DNA of 64,000 nt from Chamaesiphon sp. (GCA_965246715.1 CBDFFH010000002.1:160001-224000); one strand, 5' to 3'; positions 44,201-54,743 are shown, counted from the stretch's first letter. The notes: generated from the sequence alone by a model not told the origin. A program made the numbers and translations.

Positions 44201-44932
44201 TTACTCGCCCTGCGGACATTCCTCCCACAGGCTGGTTGTCTGGCGCAAACTACTCCAGTTACCTCCAGCTAAAATCAGATGATCTAATAGCGGAATGCCG
44301 AGTAACTTGGCTCCAGCTAGCAATTGACGGGTAAGTTCGATATCTGCTTGACTGGCTTGAGTACTACCCGAGGGATGGTTGTGGGCGACAATCGTTTTAG
44401 TCGCACCTTGTTTGAGCACTTCGCGGAAGATTTCGCGCGGTGGAGCAAGGGTTTCCGTCGCCGTACCGATCGTAATTAATTGCGTACCAAGCAATCGATT
44501 TTTGACATCTAATAACAAAATTGCCAATCGCTCTTGTTGCGACCACATCAACTCCTGACTCAGTGCCGCAACCGCAGCTTCTGGACTATCGATAATCGCT
44601 CGATCGGGCGGACGCAAGATACAAGCTCTTTGTCCTAATTCTACTGCGGCGAGAATCGCTGTGGCTTTAGCTGGCCCGACACCAGGAATATTCATTAATT
44701 CTTGCGGTGCAACATCCCGCAACCGCTCTAACGGATCGCGTTGATGCTGTCCTAATTGATTGAGAATATATTCGCCCAATCCGATCGCGGATAGTTTACC
44801 AGCCCCCTGTCCCGTACCCAGCAAAATCGCAATCAATTCGGCATTTTTTAAGTGTTTGACTCCATGTGCGAGGAGACGTTCGCGTGGACGTTCGGTACTA
44901 GGTAAGTCGATAATGCGGAGGCTGTAAGTCAT
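44201..44932 (-). CDS. radC: RadC (JAB/MPN domain) protein
   Basis: ERPRERL, HhH GVGPAKA, HNHPSG...D, LLDHLI. Confidence 0.93.
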   Translation of the reverse strand: MTYSLRIIDLPSTERPRERLLAHGVKHLKNAELIAILLGTGQGAGKLSAIGLGEYILNQLGQHQRDPLERLRDVAPQELMNIPGVGPAKATAILAAVELGQRACILRPPDRAIIDSPEAAVAALSQELMWSQQERLAILLLDVKNRLLGTQLITIGTATETLAPPREIFREVLKQGATKTIVAHNHPSGSTQASQADIELTRQLLAGAKLLGIPLLDHLILAGGNWSSLRQTTSLWEECPQGE

Positions 44933-45069
44933 TACGCGAACGATCGGGAGAACATGTAGTTAAAATTACTTGTCACTTTACGATCGATTGTCGTGCCAGC
45001 GAATCACTGGAATGGCTGATTTTTGCTGTGTTCGCTAAATAAACTGTGGTGCTGTGTCGGAATGAGTAG

Positions 45070-45208
45070 ACTCGCATCTTGCCTCAAAACAAAGTTACTA
45101 GTGTTTTAGTGGCTAGTTTTGGTAGTTGTGAGTAAGTTTTATGACTATTCGACCGCCTTGGTGGCGCGCTTCGCGATCGGTTTTTATATACTGGTGCAAG
45201 ATATGAGT
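45070..45208. mobile_element. MITE-like element
   Basis: Imperfect TIR actcgcatcttgcctca / tggtgcaagatatgagt. Confidence 0.55.
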
Positions 45209-45560
45209 AGATTTGCACCTGACAAAGCTGATAATGCTCGCTTGAGTAATTAGAATCTTTAATGCGATCGATAAGTAGTGTAAATTAGTAATTTAGCGAT
45301 GGTTTTCGGGATTAATAGTGTGAGTGGATCTGGGGAAAATGCAACTGCGACAATTGCTGTCATCAAGCGGCAGCGATGCTCGTTAAACCCGACGATCGGT
45401 AGCTTCAGACACTTGTATTTTTGTAAATATCTATTAAGCTAGATTAAATATCCGCGATCGATCTTGCCGTTACCGTTGGCGAAGCCTGCGACCGATCGCA
45501 AGCGAGTAAGTTCGTGGCAAGACGAGATCTTCATCGGAATGAATTAAGGGAATTGAAATT

Positions 45561-46925
45561 ATGACAAATGCAGTCTATAACCAGACACCCCATCATGTTG
45601 TTATCGTTGGTGGTGGATTTGGTGGACTCTATGCAGCTCAGTCACTGGGTAAATCACCCAATGTAAAAGTGACACTGATCGATAAACGCAATTTTCATCT
45701 GTTTCAACCACTCTTGTATCAAGTAGCGACTGGTGGATTATCTCCTGCCGAAATATCTTCACCATTGCGATCGATCCTCAACAAACAGCAGAATACGACC
45801 GTGTTGATGGGTCAAGTCGATAACATCGATCCAGTGGAGCAGAGAGTATTTTTAAATCACGGTCAGATCGATTACGACACATTGATTGTCGCTACTGGTG
45901 TCAGCCATCATTATTTTGGTAACGACCAATGGGCACCAACCGCTCCAGGCTTAAAAACAGTTGAAGATGCGCTAGAAATGCGGCGACGGATTTTTGTCGC
46001 ATTTGAAGCAGCCGAAAAAGAAACCGACCCAGAAAAACGACGGGCTTGGCTGACGTTCGTAGTCATCGGCGGCGGCCCTACCGGCGTAGAATTAGCTGGT
46101 GCGATCGCCGAACTCGCCTATAGTACGCTCAAAAAAGATTTTCGGAATATCGATACCGCCGAAACCCAAGTACTGCTGCTTGAAGGGATGGATCGGGTGT
46201 TGCCCCCATACCCGCCCGAATTGTCTGCAAAAGCCGAAGTATCGCTAGTAAATTTGGGCGTGAAAGTGCAGACGAAAACGCTCGTTACCAATATTGAAAA
46301 CCATACAGTTACTACCCGCCAAGGCGAAAATATCGACACGATTCAAGCGCGAACCATTCTCTGGGCGGCGGGAGTTAAAGCTTCAGCGATGGGTAAAATT
46401 GTCGCCGAACATACAGGTGCCGAACTCGATCGTGTCGGTCGCGTGATGGTCGAATCCGACTTGAGTGTCAAAGGACATCCGAATATTTTCGTAATCGGTG
46501 ACTTAGCAAACTTCACGACCGAAGAAGGTAAGCCCTTGCCTGGAGTCGCCCCAGTCGCTACCCAAGAAGGTAAATATGTCGCGCAACTGATTCGTAAGCG
46601 GTTGGCGGGTAAGACGTTGCCAGCATTTAAGTACTTTAATGGTGGTAGCTTGTCAGTCATCGGCAGACATTCGGCAGTAGCGGATATTGGTTCGATGAAG
46701 TTTTCAGGATTCTTTGCTTGGTTGATCTGGGTATTCGTCCATATTTATTATTTAATTGAGTTCGATAATAAATTGGTGGTGTTCATTCAGTGGACTTGGA
46801 GTTATTTCACTCGCAAACGCGGTGCGCGGTTGATTACGGGCGATGAATCGCTGGGACAAGTAGGCGTTGACGATCGCGGGGATTATTTTGTATCCTCCGA
46901 AACCAAAGCGGCGGTAAAAGTCTAG
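45561..46925 (+). CDS. type II NADH dehydrogenase-family FAD oxidoreductase
   Basis: GGGFGG, FQPLLYQVATG, GGGPTGVELAG, WAAGV. Confidence 0.9.
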   Translation: MTNAVYNQTPHHVVIVGGGFGGLYAAQSLGKSPNVKVTLIDKRNFHLFQPLLYQVATGGLSPAEISSPLRSILNKQQNTTVLMGQVDNIDPVEQRVFLNHGQIDYDTLIVATGVSHHYFGNDQWAPTAPGLKTVEDALEMRRRIFVAFEAAEKETDPEKRRAWLTFVVIGGGPTGVELAGAIAELAYSTLKKDFRNIDTAETQVLLLEGMDRVLPPYPPELSAKAEVSLVNLGVKVQTKTLVTNIENHTVTTRQGENIDTIQARTILWAAGVKASAMGKIVAEHTGAELDRVGRVMVESDLSVKGHPNIFVIGDLANFTTEEGKPLPGVAPVATQEGKYVAQLIRKRLAGKTLPAFKYFNGGSLSVIGRHSAVADIGSMKFSGFFAWLIWVFVHIYYLIEFDNKLVVFIQWTWSYFTRKRGARLITGDESLGQVGVDDRGDYFVSSETKAAVKV

Positions 46926-46950
46926 CAATCCCAAACTACCACGATCTTTA

Positions 46951-46983
46951 CTAGAGCGGCATCCATAATCGATACCGCTCTAG
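46951..46983 (+). terminator. hairpin after NDH-2
   Basis: ctagagcggcatc / gataccgctctag. Confidence 0.5.
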
Positions 46984-47334
46984 CTCGCCTAATTTTCCAT
47001 TCACCAGCACAGTAGCGGTAAAATTATCTCACTCGATCGTTAAAAGTAGTGCTGGAGATCGAGCCATGCAAATAACATAACTCAACATCGGGCATGCGAT
47101 CGATCGGCAGCCCCAAATAGTCGTTCCACGGATCTAAGACAAAACCCTCAACCATTCGATCGGATCGAGATTAAAGTCGATCGATATCAGATCGATCTAA
47201 AGCACCATCTACAGTTGCTAAAGTCATTCAATCCAAAATCACAATTAGCTTACTTTTGCTAAAGTGCGAACTGCTAAAATTTCGTCAGAGCGTAAGATTT
47301 AGATCGCAGAAATAGGCACCGCAATCTCTGTCAA

Positions 47335-48822
47335 CAGGGTGAACGCACTTAAATTTCCTACTATTTAAAATCCTCGCAAATCAGTTGCAGATTTGAATTA
47401 CGAAAAGTATGAAAGCTTTAATGGTAAACAAGTATAGCCAGTTAATTATGTTATATTTATTGGAAATTCAGATCGCGTCAAATGAAGCTAAAGCCAAGGC
47501 ATAGTATCGCAGAACACTTTGGTGACATAAAAGACATTAGAATTGAACGGGGGAAAAAACACAAACTAATCGATATTATCACGATCTCGATTTGTGCAGT
47601 AGTATGTGGAGCAGATGGATGGGAAGACATAGAGCTGTATGGCATCACCAGAAAAAAATGGCTGGAGGAATTTCTAGAATTACCGAATGGGATACCATCT
47701 CACGATACATTTGCACGGGTATTTTCACAAATTAATCCTGAAGAATTCAATAAATCTTTCCTGCATTGGATTAAAGGAATAAGTAAAATAACAGCAGGAG
47801 AGATAATCGCATTTGATGGAAAACAATCTCGAAATTCAAGAGACGAAAAAAATGGTAAAGGAGTAATTAATACGGTCAGTGCTTGGGCAGCAAGTAATAG
47901 ATTAGTATTAGGACAAACAAAAGTCGAGAGTAAATCAAATGAAATTACTGCATTGCCTGAGTTGATTAATGCCTTAGATCTAGCTGGATGTATAGTGACA
48001 ATTGATGCAATGGGATGTCAGCGAGAAATAGTCAAGAAAATTGTCAAAAAAGAAGCAGATTATGTAATTGCTGTCAAAAAGAATCAACCAAGTTTATATG
48101 AAAGGGTAGAACAGCTATTCAAACAGGCGATTAAAACTCGTGGTGAAAGTCTGAAAACGCATAGCTTCAGCAGTAGAGAGATGAATAGAGGTAGAGAGGA
48201 AACTCGTAATTACCTAATGATATCAGACATTGCAACATCAATAGATCCATTGCTAAAATGGCAAAATCTGACTAGTATTTGCATGGTAGAATCAGTTCGA
48301 GTTGTCAATGAAAAAACCAGCGTAGAAGCTCGTTATTTCATCAGTAGCTTAGAAGATAATGTTGAAAAACTAGCAGAAGCAATCAGAGGTCATTGGTCGA
48401 TAGAAAATTCACTCCATTGGGTACTTGATGTTATTTTCAAAGAAGACATTAGTCGAATTAGAAAAGATAATGCTCCAGCTAATTTTGCTGTTTTAAGACA
48501 TATAGCAGTTAATATAATGAGTCAGAACAAGAGTCGAAAACTAAGTGTTAGGAAGAAGCGATTTCTTGCGAGCCTTGATGAAGAATATTCGCGCGAACTT
48601 CTAGAGGCTATTTTAGCCTAAATTTAACTAACCCCAGAGTATGAATTTGGCTAAATATCTTTAGCCGCACTTTTGCCGGACTAAATTGAGTTAATTTAAC
48701 CTCGTCTTTGGTTTCGATTTTATTGATATTGTCGTAATTGTAGTTAAGCAATCGAATATCATTAATCGCCTATTTTAGTGGCTCTCGATCGAAATAAATC
48801 CTGTTTTGATGCGTTCACCCTG
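47335..48822 (+). mobile_element. ISAs1-family IS, 1488 bp
   Basis: TIR cagggtgaacgca / tgcgttcaccctg; 10-bp TSD TCTCTGTCAA. Confidence 0.95.
47482..48621 (+). CDS. ISAs1 transposase
   Basis: GIPSHDTF, FDGK, SNEITA, TIDAMGCQ, HWSIENSLHWVLDV. Confidence 0.95.
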   Translation: MKLKPRHSIAEHFGDIKDIRIERGKKHKLIDIITISICAVVCGADGWEDIELYGITRKKWLEEFLELPNGIPSHDTFARVFSQINPEEFNKSFLHWIKGISKITAGEIIAFDGKQSRNSRDEKNGKGVINTVSAWAASNRLVLGQTKVESKSNEITALPELINALDLAGCIVTIDAMGCQREIVKKIVKKEADYVIAVKKNQPSLYERVEQLFKQAIKTRGESLKTHSFSSREMNRGREETRNYLMISDIATSIDPLLKWQNLTSICMVESVRVVNEKTSVEARYFISSLEDNVEKLAEAIRGHWSIENSLHWVLDVIFKEDISRIRKDNAPANFAVLRHIAVNIMSQNKSRKLSVRKKRFLASLDEEYSRELLEAILA

Positions 48823-48859
48823 TCTCTGTCAAAGATTCACCAATCGCATTAAAAATTTC

Positions 48860-49686
48860 GGCGTTGCTGGATTAAGATATGATTTGGCGATCGAGAGGTA
48901 ATCTGTGCCGTCGATCGCCAGAACTAACTGAATTAGGAGTTGGTACTTCACCAAATTTAAGATAATGAATTAACAATCTAATAGAATGCTTTAGCATTTG
49001 TTCGCACTTAGAATAACATAATGTTTTTCTTTTTAATCGAGCTAAGTAATGTCTGAGCCTAGTGTTTTCACCCTCAACTCTTGTCATATAAGTTTTACTC
49101 ACGATTTGGTCACCATCTGGAATAAATATTGGATAGACCCTCCACCCATCCGTCACATAAAAATAACATTTCCATGTACTTACCAAATTCTCCCATAGCG
49201 GTCTAAATGTCTTAGCACTGTGGTCGCCTAATACCCATCCTAAAATACCCATCTGAAAGTGATTTACTGCCGTCCAGAGCCAGATCTTGTTTTTTTTGAG
49301 CCAACAAACGTCTCTAACTCATCCAACTCACCAACTTCTGGTATTTGGTCTGAATTATAGTAATCTGGGAGATTTGCCCCTACTTGCTTCACCCAATCCA
49401 TGACAGTTGTATTATGCACACCCATTACTCTTTCTATTGCTCGAAATCCCATCCCATTAACATACATTGACAAACATTTCTGCTTGATTTGTGGTGAATA
49501 TCCTCTGTGTGCTTCATAACAATCTATAAATTGCCGTCCGCAGTCTTTACAAATATGGTTCTGCTTTCCCTTTATTCGCCCATTTTTATTGATATTGGAC
49601 GATCTACATTCAGGACATTCCATTTAGATATTTGCTCTTGTTACTTCTCTCGATCGCCTTAGATCATATCCTAATCCAGCAACGCC
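48860..49686 (-). mobile_element. IS1-family IS, 827 bp
   Basis: TIR ggcgttgctggattaagatatgat / atcatatcctaatccagcaacgcc; 8-bp TSD AAAATTTC. Confidence 0.95.
48872..49623 (-). CDS. IS1 transposase InsA/InsB joined by a programmed -1 frameshift
   Basis: CPEC..CKDC zinc finger + HTH; A8C slippery run at 49290-49297; TDGW, ENTRLRHYLARL. Confidence 0.92.
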
Positions 49687-49865
49687 AAAATTTCTAGTAT
49701 GCAACCTTCTTCACCGTTATTTGGATGAGGGACAAAATCGACTAACGTTGCAATATCTCCGGCTCTGAGTCCATACTCTGGTAAGTCGCGAGTTAATGAG
49801 ACTTCTTGATATAATTCCATTGTCATATGAAAATTCCCAAATCATCAGAATGGATTGGTATAATC

Positions 49866-50210
49866 TTAATCCTCATCCTCTTCATCAAAATCTGAATCTT
49901 TAAATCCTAACCAGAATAGAATTATTTCTTCTACTTCACCTAATTGATCTGGTGTGAGATTTCCTAATTTACGGATCAGTTTTGCATGAGGAATTGTAAT
50001 GATATTTTGCACATCAAAGGCACCAGGTCGAAGAAATCTTACTGCGATATCGACTTCAAATCTCGAACCTCGCGAACTTGTTGTGTGTGGAATGAGTGTT
50101 GTTAACGCCCGATCTCGATCTAATGCCGGAATACTGACAACTAAACATGGTCTGACTTTTGCCACCGAACCCAAATCGACCAACCAAACGTCACCTCGAC
50201 TAGGATTCAT
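49866..50210 (-). CDS. PemK/MazF-family toxin
   Basis: RGDVWLVDLG..AKVRPCLVVS. Confidence 0.9.
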   Translation of the reverse strand: MNPSRGDVWLVDLGSVAKVRPCLVVSIPALDRDRALTTLIPHTTSSRGSRFEVDIAVRFLRPGAFDVQNIITIPHAKLIRKLGNLTPDQLGEVEEIILFWLGFKDSDFDEEDED

Positions 50211-50394
50211 ACGCAGCTTCGTCTTGGTCTAACTGTAGAAAAATTTCCTCGGCATTTAGAACCAAGTCATCATCGGATAATGGTGGAAAGTCTAAATAAG
50301 CTGTCCGTTTGAAAATCTCTGATGCTAAATCTAGTCGCTCTGAGTCTGTCAGGCGATCGAATGTAGTTAAGAAATCTTGTACAACAGGAGTCAT
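50200..50394 (-). CDS. putative antitoxin
   Basis: Small acidic ORF overlapping the toxin start; AGGAG upstream of ATG 50394. Confidence 0.75.
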   Translation of the reverse strand: MTPVVQDFLTTFDRLTDSERLDLASEIFKRTAYLDFPPLSDDDLVLNAEEIFLQLDQDEAAYES

Positions 50395-50459
50395 CGTTTC
50401 TCTCCTCTTCAATATATTCACAGCATAACACCACTTAATCTTTTTGAGCTAGTAGATTG

Positions 50460-50541
50460 GCTCGATCGAATCCTCCCACCATCAGCATCGATCGATAACC
50501 CAAAGCCCGATCGAACACCATCACGATCGAATCCCCCACCA
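50460..50541. repeat. single copy of the about 80-bp GATCG-rich inter-cassette repeat
   Basis: cgatcgaatcctcccaccatcag...aaagcccgatcgaacaccatcacgatcgaatc matches 51200-51480. Confidence 0.75.
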
Positions 50542-50790
50542 CTAGCTTACTTTTGCTAGAGTGCGAACTGCTAAAATTTCGTCAGAGCGTAAGGTTTCGA
50601 TCGCAGAAATAGGCACCGCAATCTCTGTCAAAGATTCACCGATCGCATTAAAAATTTCTAGTACGCAGCCTTCTTCACCATTATTTGGATGAGGAACAAA
50701 ATCGACTAACGTTACAATATCTCCAGCTCTGAGTCCATGCTCTGGTAAGTCACGAGTTAATGAGACTTCTTGATATAATTCCATTGTCAT
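50542..50790 (-). CDS. DUF4926-like protein (putative antitoxin)
   Basis: LYQEVSLTRDLPEHGLRAGDIVTLVD...LEIFNAIGE. Confidence 0.85.
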   Translation of the reverse strand: MTMELYQEVSLTRDLPEHGLRAGDIVTLVDFVPHPNNGEEGCVLEIFNAIGESLTEIAVPISAIETLRSDEILAVRTLAKVS

Positions 50791-50791
50791 A

Positions 50792-51121
50792 TTAAGTCTT
50801 CTTACTAGGTTTAAGTGTCACGAATTGAAATTTGTCATCGATCTGTCTTTCTAGCCAAACGGTAATAACTGATAGAATTGTACCATTTACACCGATGAGA
50901 TCTGCTTCAACTTGGTAAAAGGTACCATACTCGTTGATTTTCTCTTCAACTGCGTCTGTGGATAGTGCCTGTGTCTGAATGGCTAGTTTTAATGCTTCTG
51001 AGTTTTCCTGTGTGAACCCAGCCTGAGCTAAAAACTTCGATTTATCATTCCGTGGTTTTGGCTCCAGTAGATAGCGGGTGATTTTAGCATCTGCAATAAC
51101 TAAATCTTCGGGAATCCTCAT
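50792..51121 (-). CDS. DUF6883-like protein (putative toxin)
   Basis: AKITRYLL...DKSKFL..AGF...YG..Y...TVW...FVTL; coupled to DUF4926 gene. Confidence 0.8.
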   Translation of the reverse strand: MRIPEDLVIADAKITRYLLEPKPRNDKSKFLAQAGFTQENSEALKLAIQTQALSTDAVEEKINEYGTFYQVEADLIGVNGTILSVITVWLERQIDDKFQFVTLKPSKKT

Positions 51122-51199
51122 GATTAGACCTATTTTACTAACTATCTGACACAAGGATATAGTTTCGATCGATTCTTTAATTTTAACTGATCGAGTGAG

Positions 51200-51480
51200 A
51201 TCGATAGCCAAAAGCCCGATCAAACATCATCACGATCGAATCATCCCACCATCAGAGATCGACAAAACATCAACATCGATCGATACCCCAAAACCCGATC
51301 GAACATCCTCACGATCGATTCCCCACACCATCAGCGATCGACAAAACATCAACATCGATCGACAACCTAAAGCACGATCGAATCCTCTCACCATCATCGA
51401 TTGACAAAACATCAACATCGACACACCACCAGCGATTGACAAAACAGCCATAAAATTATCAACATCGATCGACTAAAGTT
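51200..51480. repeat. decaying tandem array of about 80-bp GATCG-rich units
   Basis: caccatcag.gatcgacaaaacatcaacatcgatcga repeated; two full and two shortened units. Confidence 0.85.
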
Positions 51481-51769
51481 TGATCGACTATCCTAACTTC
51501 ACCACATTTAATTTGATTGGATACTGTAATGGTATAAAATTTCTAATTTCAATAAACATATCTCTCGATTAAGTACTAAGTTCAATTCAAAGTGTCGATT
51601 TATACTCTTGCAATTAACCTTTAAGGATTTTTTTGTGAACCGTGATAATTTGGGAAATATTAATGTAATATTGAAAATGAATATTTAGTAATCTTGATTG
51701 ATTCAGAGTGCTGCAATATCCAGATGAATAAGCTCAAAGTCAATTTACATCAATCCTTCTCAGATAAAA

Positions 51770-52663
51770 ATGAAACAGAATCCTAATTTAATACAAAAAA
51801 TTTTCTCTCGGGTTTCTATTCTCAACAACAAAACATTATTGATTCTTGGCGTACCAGTAGCTTTATTTGGAATAATATCTGGCTGGATAGTTTTCCATGA
51901 ACATATTGAAAAAAATGCCGCAGGTGTCAAAGAGCAAAATAGACTAAAGGAAGAATCGATAGATAAGAACTTTAAAGATGCTTCAAAACAAATAGGGAGT
52001 AAAAATCTAAAAATCAGAGAATCTGGAGTTGAAGCTATGGGAAGAATCGATGCAAGTTTTTCTGACAAAACTCGATGGGATATCATGGAGAAACTAGCAA
52101 GTGTTATTCGAGCTGATTCTCCAGCCACAAAGAGGAATAAAAATAGGATAAAGCCTGCTCCTATTCCAGTGACAGCGAAGAAAGCTCTAGAGATTATTAA
52201 ATTTCATAATTATAATAAACCAATTAAATATGAATTCTTGGACTTAAAGAAAGTTAATTTGTATCATGGCGATTTGCAGGCAGCAAAGTTCTCTAGAGTG
52301 GATCTTCGTGATAGCCAATTATACATGACAGGTCTGAAGGAAGCAGAGTTGAGAGAATCTAATTTGAGTCGAGCTTATTTAAGGGCATCAGATCTAAGCA
52401 ATACTCATTTAAACAATGCAGATCTTACTGAAGCAGATCTTATGGGAGCTGACCTTATAAAAGCAGATCTTAGTGGAGCGAAACTAAATGGAGCTAACTT
52501 AAGAGAAGCTAACTTAAGTGGAGCTATTTTTGATGATAAACAAATAAAAAAAGCCTGTAATTGGAAAATGGCAACAGATGATGAAGGAAGAATACAGAGA
52601 TTAAAGGAAGACAATTCTTCGGAGCCAGAAACAGAACCTGATTGCGAAAAATTTGATTTTTAG
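51770..52663 (+). CDS. membrane-anchored pentapeptide repeat protein
   Basis: N-terminal TM helix; ADLTE/ADLMG/ADLIK/ADLSG/AKLNG repeats; AT-rich. Confidence 0.9.
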   Translation: MKQNPNLIQKIFSRVSILNNKTLLILGVPVALFGIISGWIVFHEHIEKNAAGVKEQNRLKEESIDKNFKDASKQIGSKNLKIRESGVEAMGRIDASFSDKTRWDIMEKLASVIRADSPATKRNKNRIKPAPIPVTAKKALEIIKFHNYNKPIKYEFLDLKKVNLYHGDLQAAKFSRVDLRDSQLYMTGLKEAELRESNLSRAYLRASDLSNTHLNNADLTEADLMGADLIKADLSGAKLNGANLREANLSGAIFDDKQIKKACNWKMATDDEGRIQRLKEDNSSEPETEPDCEKFDF

Positions 52664-52715
52664 AGAGTCGTTAGCTAGAGTTAGTGAGAGTAATGGCTAC
52701 CACGCAGTTGATCGA

Positions 52716-52916
52716 TTATTTCTCAGACAATATTCGTTGAAATTGCTGAAGTTGTTGCTCTTCCTCTTCTTTAGTTTCAGGCAATCTGTACCAAACTGCT
52801 TCTGCATCTGGGGTACGACGGCAGTAGATTTCTCTAAGGGGTTCGACTTCATCTCGATGAGCTAGCGCGTAAGCTTTTAACTCAGCGATTGTCATTGTTT
52901 CAAATTTCAGGTGCAT
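52716..52916 (-). CDS. DUF6887-like protein 2
   Basis: FETMTIAELKAYALAHRDE. Confidence 0.75.
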   Translation of the reverse strand: MHLKFETMTIAELKAYALAHRDEVEPLREIYCRRTPDAEAVWYRLPETKEEEEQQLQQFQRILSEK

Positions 52917-53126
52917 TTAAGTCGCCTTTAATTGTTCTAGTTTTTGTTGAATTAAAATTTCAACTTGCTTAAACTCATCACTTGAATTGGGAAGATCGAA
53001 TGTCTCTGGAGACGCATCCGCAGTGAATCGATCTACAAACGCATGAAATGCAGATAAATCGTCGGGGTGAGAGATAACATAGGCTCTCAACTCACCTTTT
53101 GTCATGGCATTAAAATCAGGGTTCAT
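52917..53126 (-). CDS. DUF6887-like protein 1
   Basis: PDFNAMTKGELRAYVISHPDD. Confidence 0.8.
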   Translation of the reverse strand: MNPDFNAMTKGELRAYVISHPDDLSAFHAFVDRFTADASPETFDLPNSSDEFKQVEILIQQKLEQLKAT

Positions 53127-53299
53127 TGTAAGAATCTCCAGCGACCATTACGGTAGATTTCTATCTGTATATTTTCACCAGCCAACATAAATATGTTGCC
53201 CGTTCGTTCGTCAATGCGAACAATGAAAATAGGAGTAAAGGTATTGGTTAAAAACTGGCACAGGATAACACACCTAATGCCTTGCTCGGCGGTTGGCAA
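53123..53299 (-). CDS. DUF6888-like protein, 58 aa (absent from the ORF track)
   Basis: TTG start; MPTAEQGIRCVILCQFLTNTFTPIFIVRIDERTGNIFMLAGENIQIEIYRNGRWRFLQ; ATGA overlap with next gene. Confidence 0.75.
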   Translation of the reverse strand: MPTAEQGIRCVILCQFLTNTFTPIFIVRIDERTGNIFMLAGENIQIEIYRNGRWRFLQ

Positions 53300-53369
53300 A
53301 ATTTGGATACCTCACAATTACGATTATAGAATACCTCACTAGATAGCGATCGACCCACGCAGACCAGGA

Positions 53370-53422
53370 AGTTAGTCTGCGTAGGCAGACTTTGCACCAC
53401 TAGCAGCGGTTTCAACCGCTGT
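53370..53422. repeat. short double-hairpin dispersed repeat (relatives near 37274 and 42657)
   Basis: agtctgcgtaggcagact + cagcggtttcaaccgctg. Confidence 0.55.
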
Positions 53423-53434
53423 TGTAACAGGTTC

Positions 53435-54418
53435 CTAACTCCCCCCAATTCGCGCCACATCGCGAGAATTCTCCTCAAACGCAGCATTGAGCGCATCATC
53501 ACCACTCAAGCCCGAAGCCAGCGCATTCTGAATCGCCTGCAACACCCGCTTATAGTCACGCGGCATCACCTTCACGAACTTCGGCACCATCTCATCCCAG
53601 TTGGCTAGCACTTCCGATGCTTTCTTACTCTTGGTATATCGGGCGTGCTTATCGATCGAGTCCTTCAACTTCCCAATCTCTTCAGCATCCGTCACCTTCT
53701 CTAACCCCACCATCTGCGTATTGCAGCGCGTCGGGAAATCGCCCTGCTCGTCGAGGATGTAGGCAACACCGCCACTCATCCCCGCTGCGAAATTGCGTCC
53801 GGTTTTACCTAATACGATCGCTTGTCCGCCTGTCATGTATTCACAACCATGATCGCCGATCGATTCTACAATTGCACTCACACCAGAATTACGCACACAG
53901 AACCGTTCGCCAGCCATGCCGTTGATGTAGATTTCGCCGCTGGTGGCTCCGTAGAGGGCGACGTTGCCGACGATGACGTTTTCGGCGGCGATGAAGGTGG
54001 ATTTGGGCGAGGGGTAAAGGATGATTTTACCGCCGCTGAGTCCTTTGCCGATGTAGTCGTTGGCATCGCCTTCGAGTTCGAGAGTGACTCCTTTGGGGAT
54101 GAATGCGCCGAAGCTTTGTCCGGCACTACCTTGGAATTTGAGGTGGACGGTATCGGCGGGGAGTCCGTGCCAGTGGTTTTTGGTGATTTCGTTACCGAGG
54201 ATGGTGCCTACGGCGCGGTTGACGTTGCAGATCGGGAGGGTGGCTTTAGTTGGTTTGCCGTGTTCAATTGAGTCTTTGCACAGGTCTAATAAAGTAGTAA
54301 TGTCGAGGGATTTGTCAAGTCCATGATCTTGGGCGATCTGGTGATAGCGTCCGACTTCTGCGCCTGCTTCTGGCTGGTAGAGCAGATTAGATGCGAGGGC
54401 GGCATTTGGCTCGATCGA
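53435..54418 (-). pseudogene. gltB: gltB 3' fragment, copy 1 (last about 327 codons of glutamate synthase large subunit)
   Basis: Open frame with no native start: [64 protein letters not shown]. Confidence 0.93.
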
Positions 54419-54743
54419 AAGCTTGTCACCCGATCGAAGAGAGAAAAATGATATGATTAGTGCATGTATTAAGTATTGCGTTTATCTCAAGGATATACCT
54501 ACTGCGCTTTTAACTCCAGAGGAGCAAGATTTTATGAAGACGATGGCACAAATCGATGCTTGGTATGAAACTGAAATTAATAAGGCTAAACTTGAGGGTG
54601 AGCTTGAAGGTGAGCAACGTCAAAAACAGTCGATCGCACTTAAAATGATTCAAGAAAATATCCCCTTTGAGGTAATATCTCGGATTACTGGACTTAAAAT
54701 CGATCAATTACAACAACTTCAATCTTCACCAAACAATGGTTGA
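54419..54743 (+). pseudogene. 5'-truncated Rpn-like gene; C-terminal 69-aa ORF 54534-54743 is intact
   Basis: KLEGELEGEQRQKQSIALKMIQENIPFEVISRITGL tail; AGAGGAG upstream of ATG 54534. Confidence 0.7.

Larger units (their letters stand above)
47245..49826 (-). pseudogene. DUF4926-like gene copy broken by ISAs1 and IS1, plus a nonsense codon
   Basis: Pieces 49687-49826, 48823-48859 and 47245-47334 align with intact 50542-50790; ATC GAA changed to ATC TAA. Confidence 0.92.

Noticed and set aside
51195..51451. ORFs 51195-51404 and 51230-51451
   Set aside because: Translations of the tandem repeat.
51200..51480. Possible CRISPR array
   Set aside because: Units are degenerate tandem copies with no unique spacers; no cas genes in the window.
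53435..53917. 160-aa ORF as a real stand-alone GXGXG protein
   Set aside because: The gltB frame continues about 500 bp upstream without a start codon; the ATG is an internal Met.
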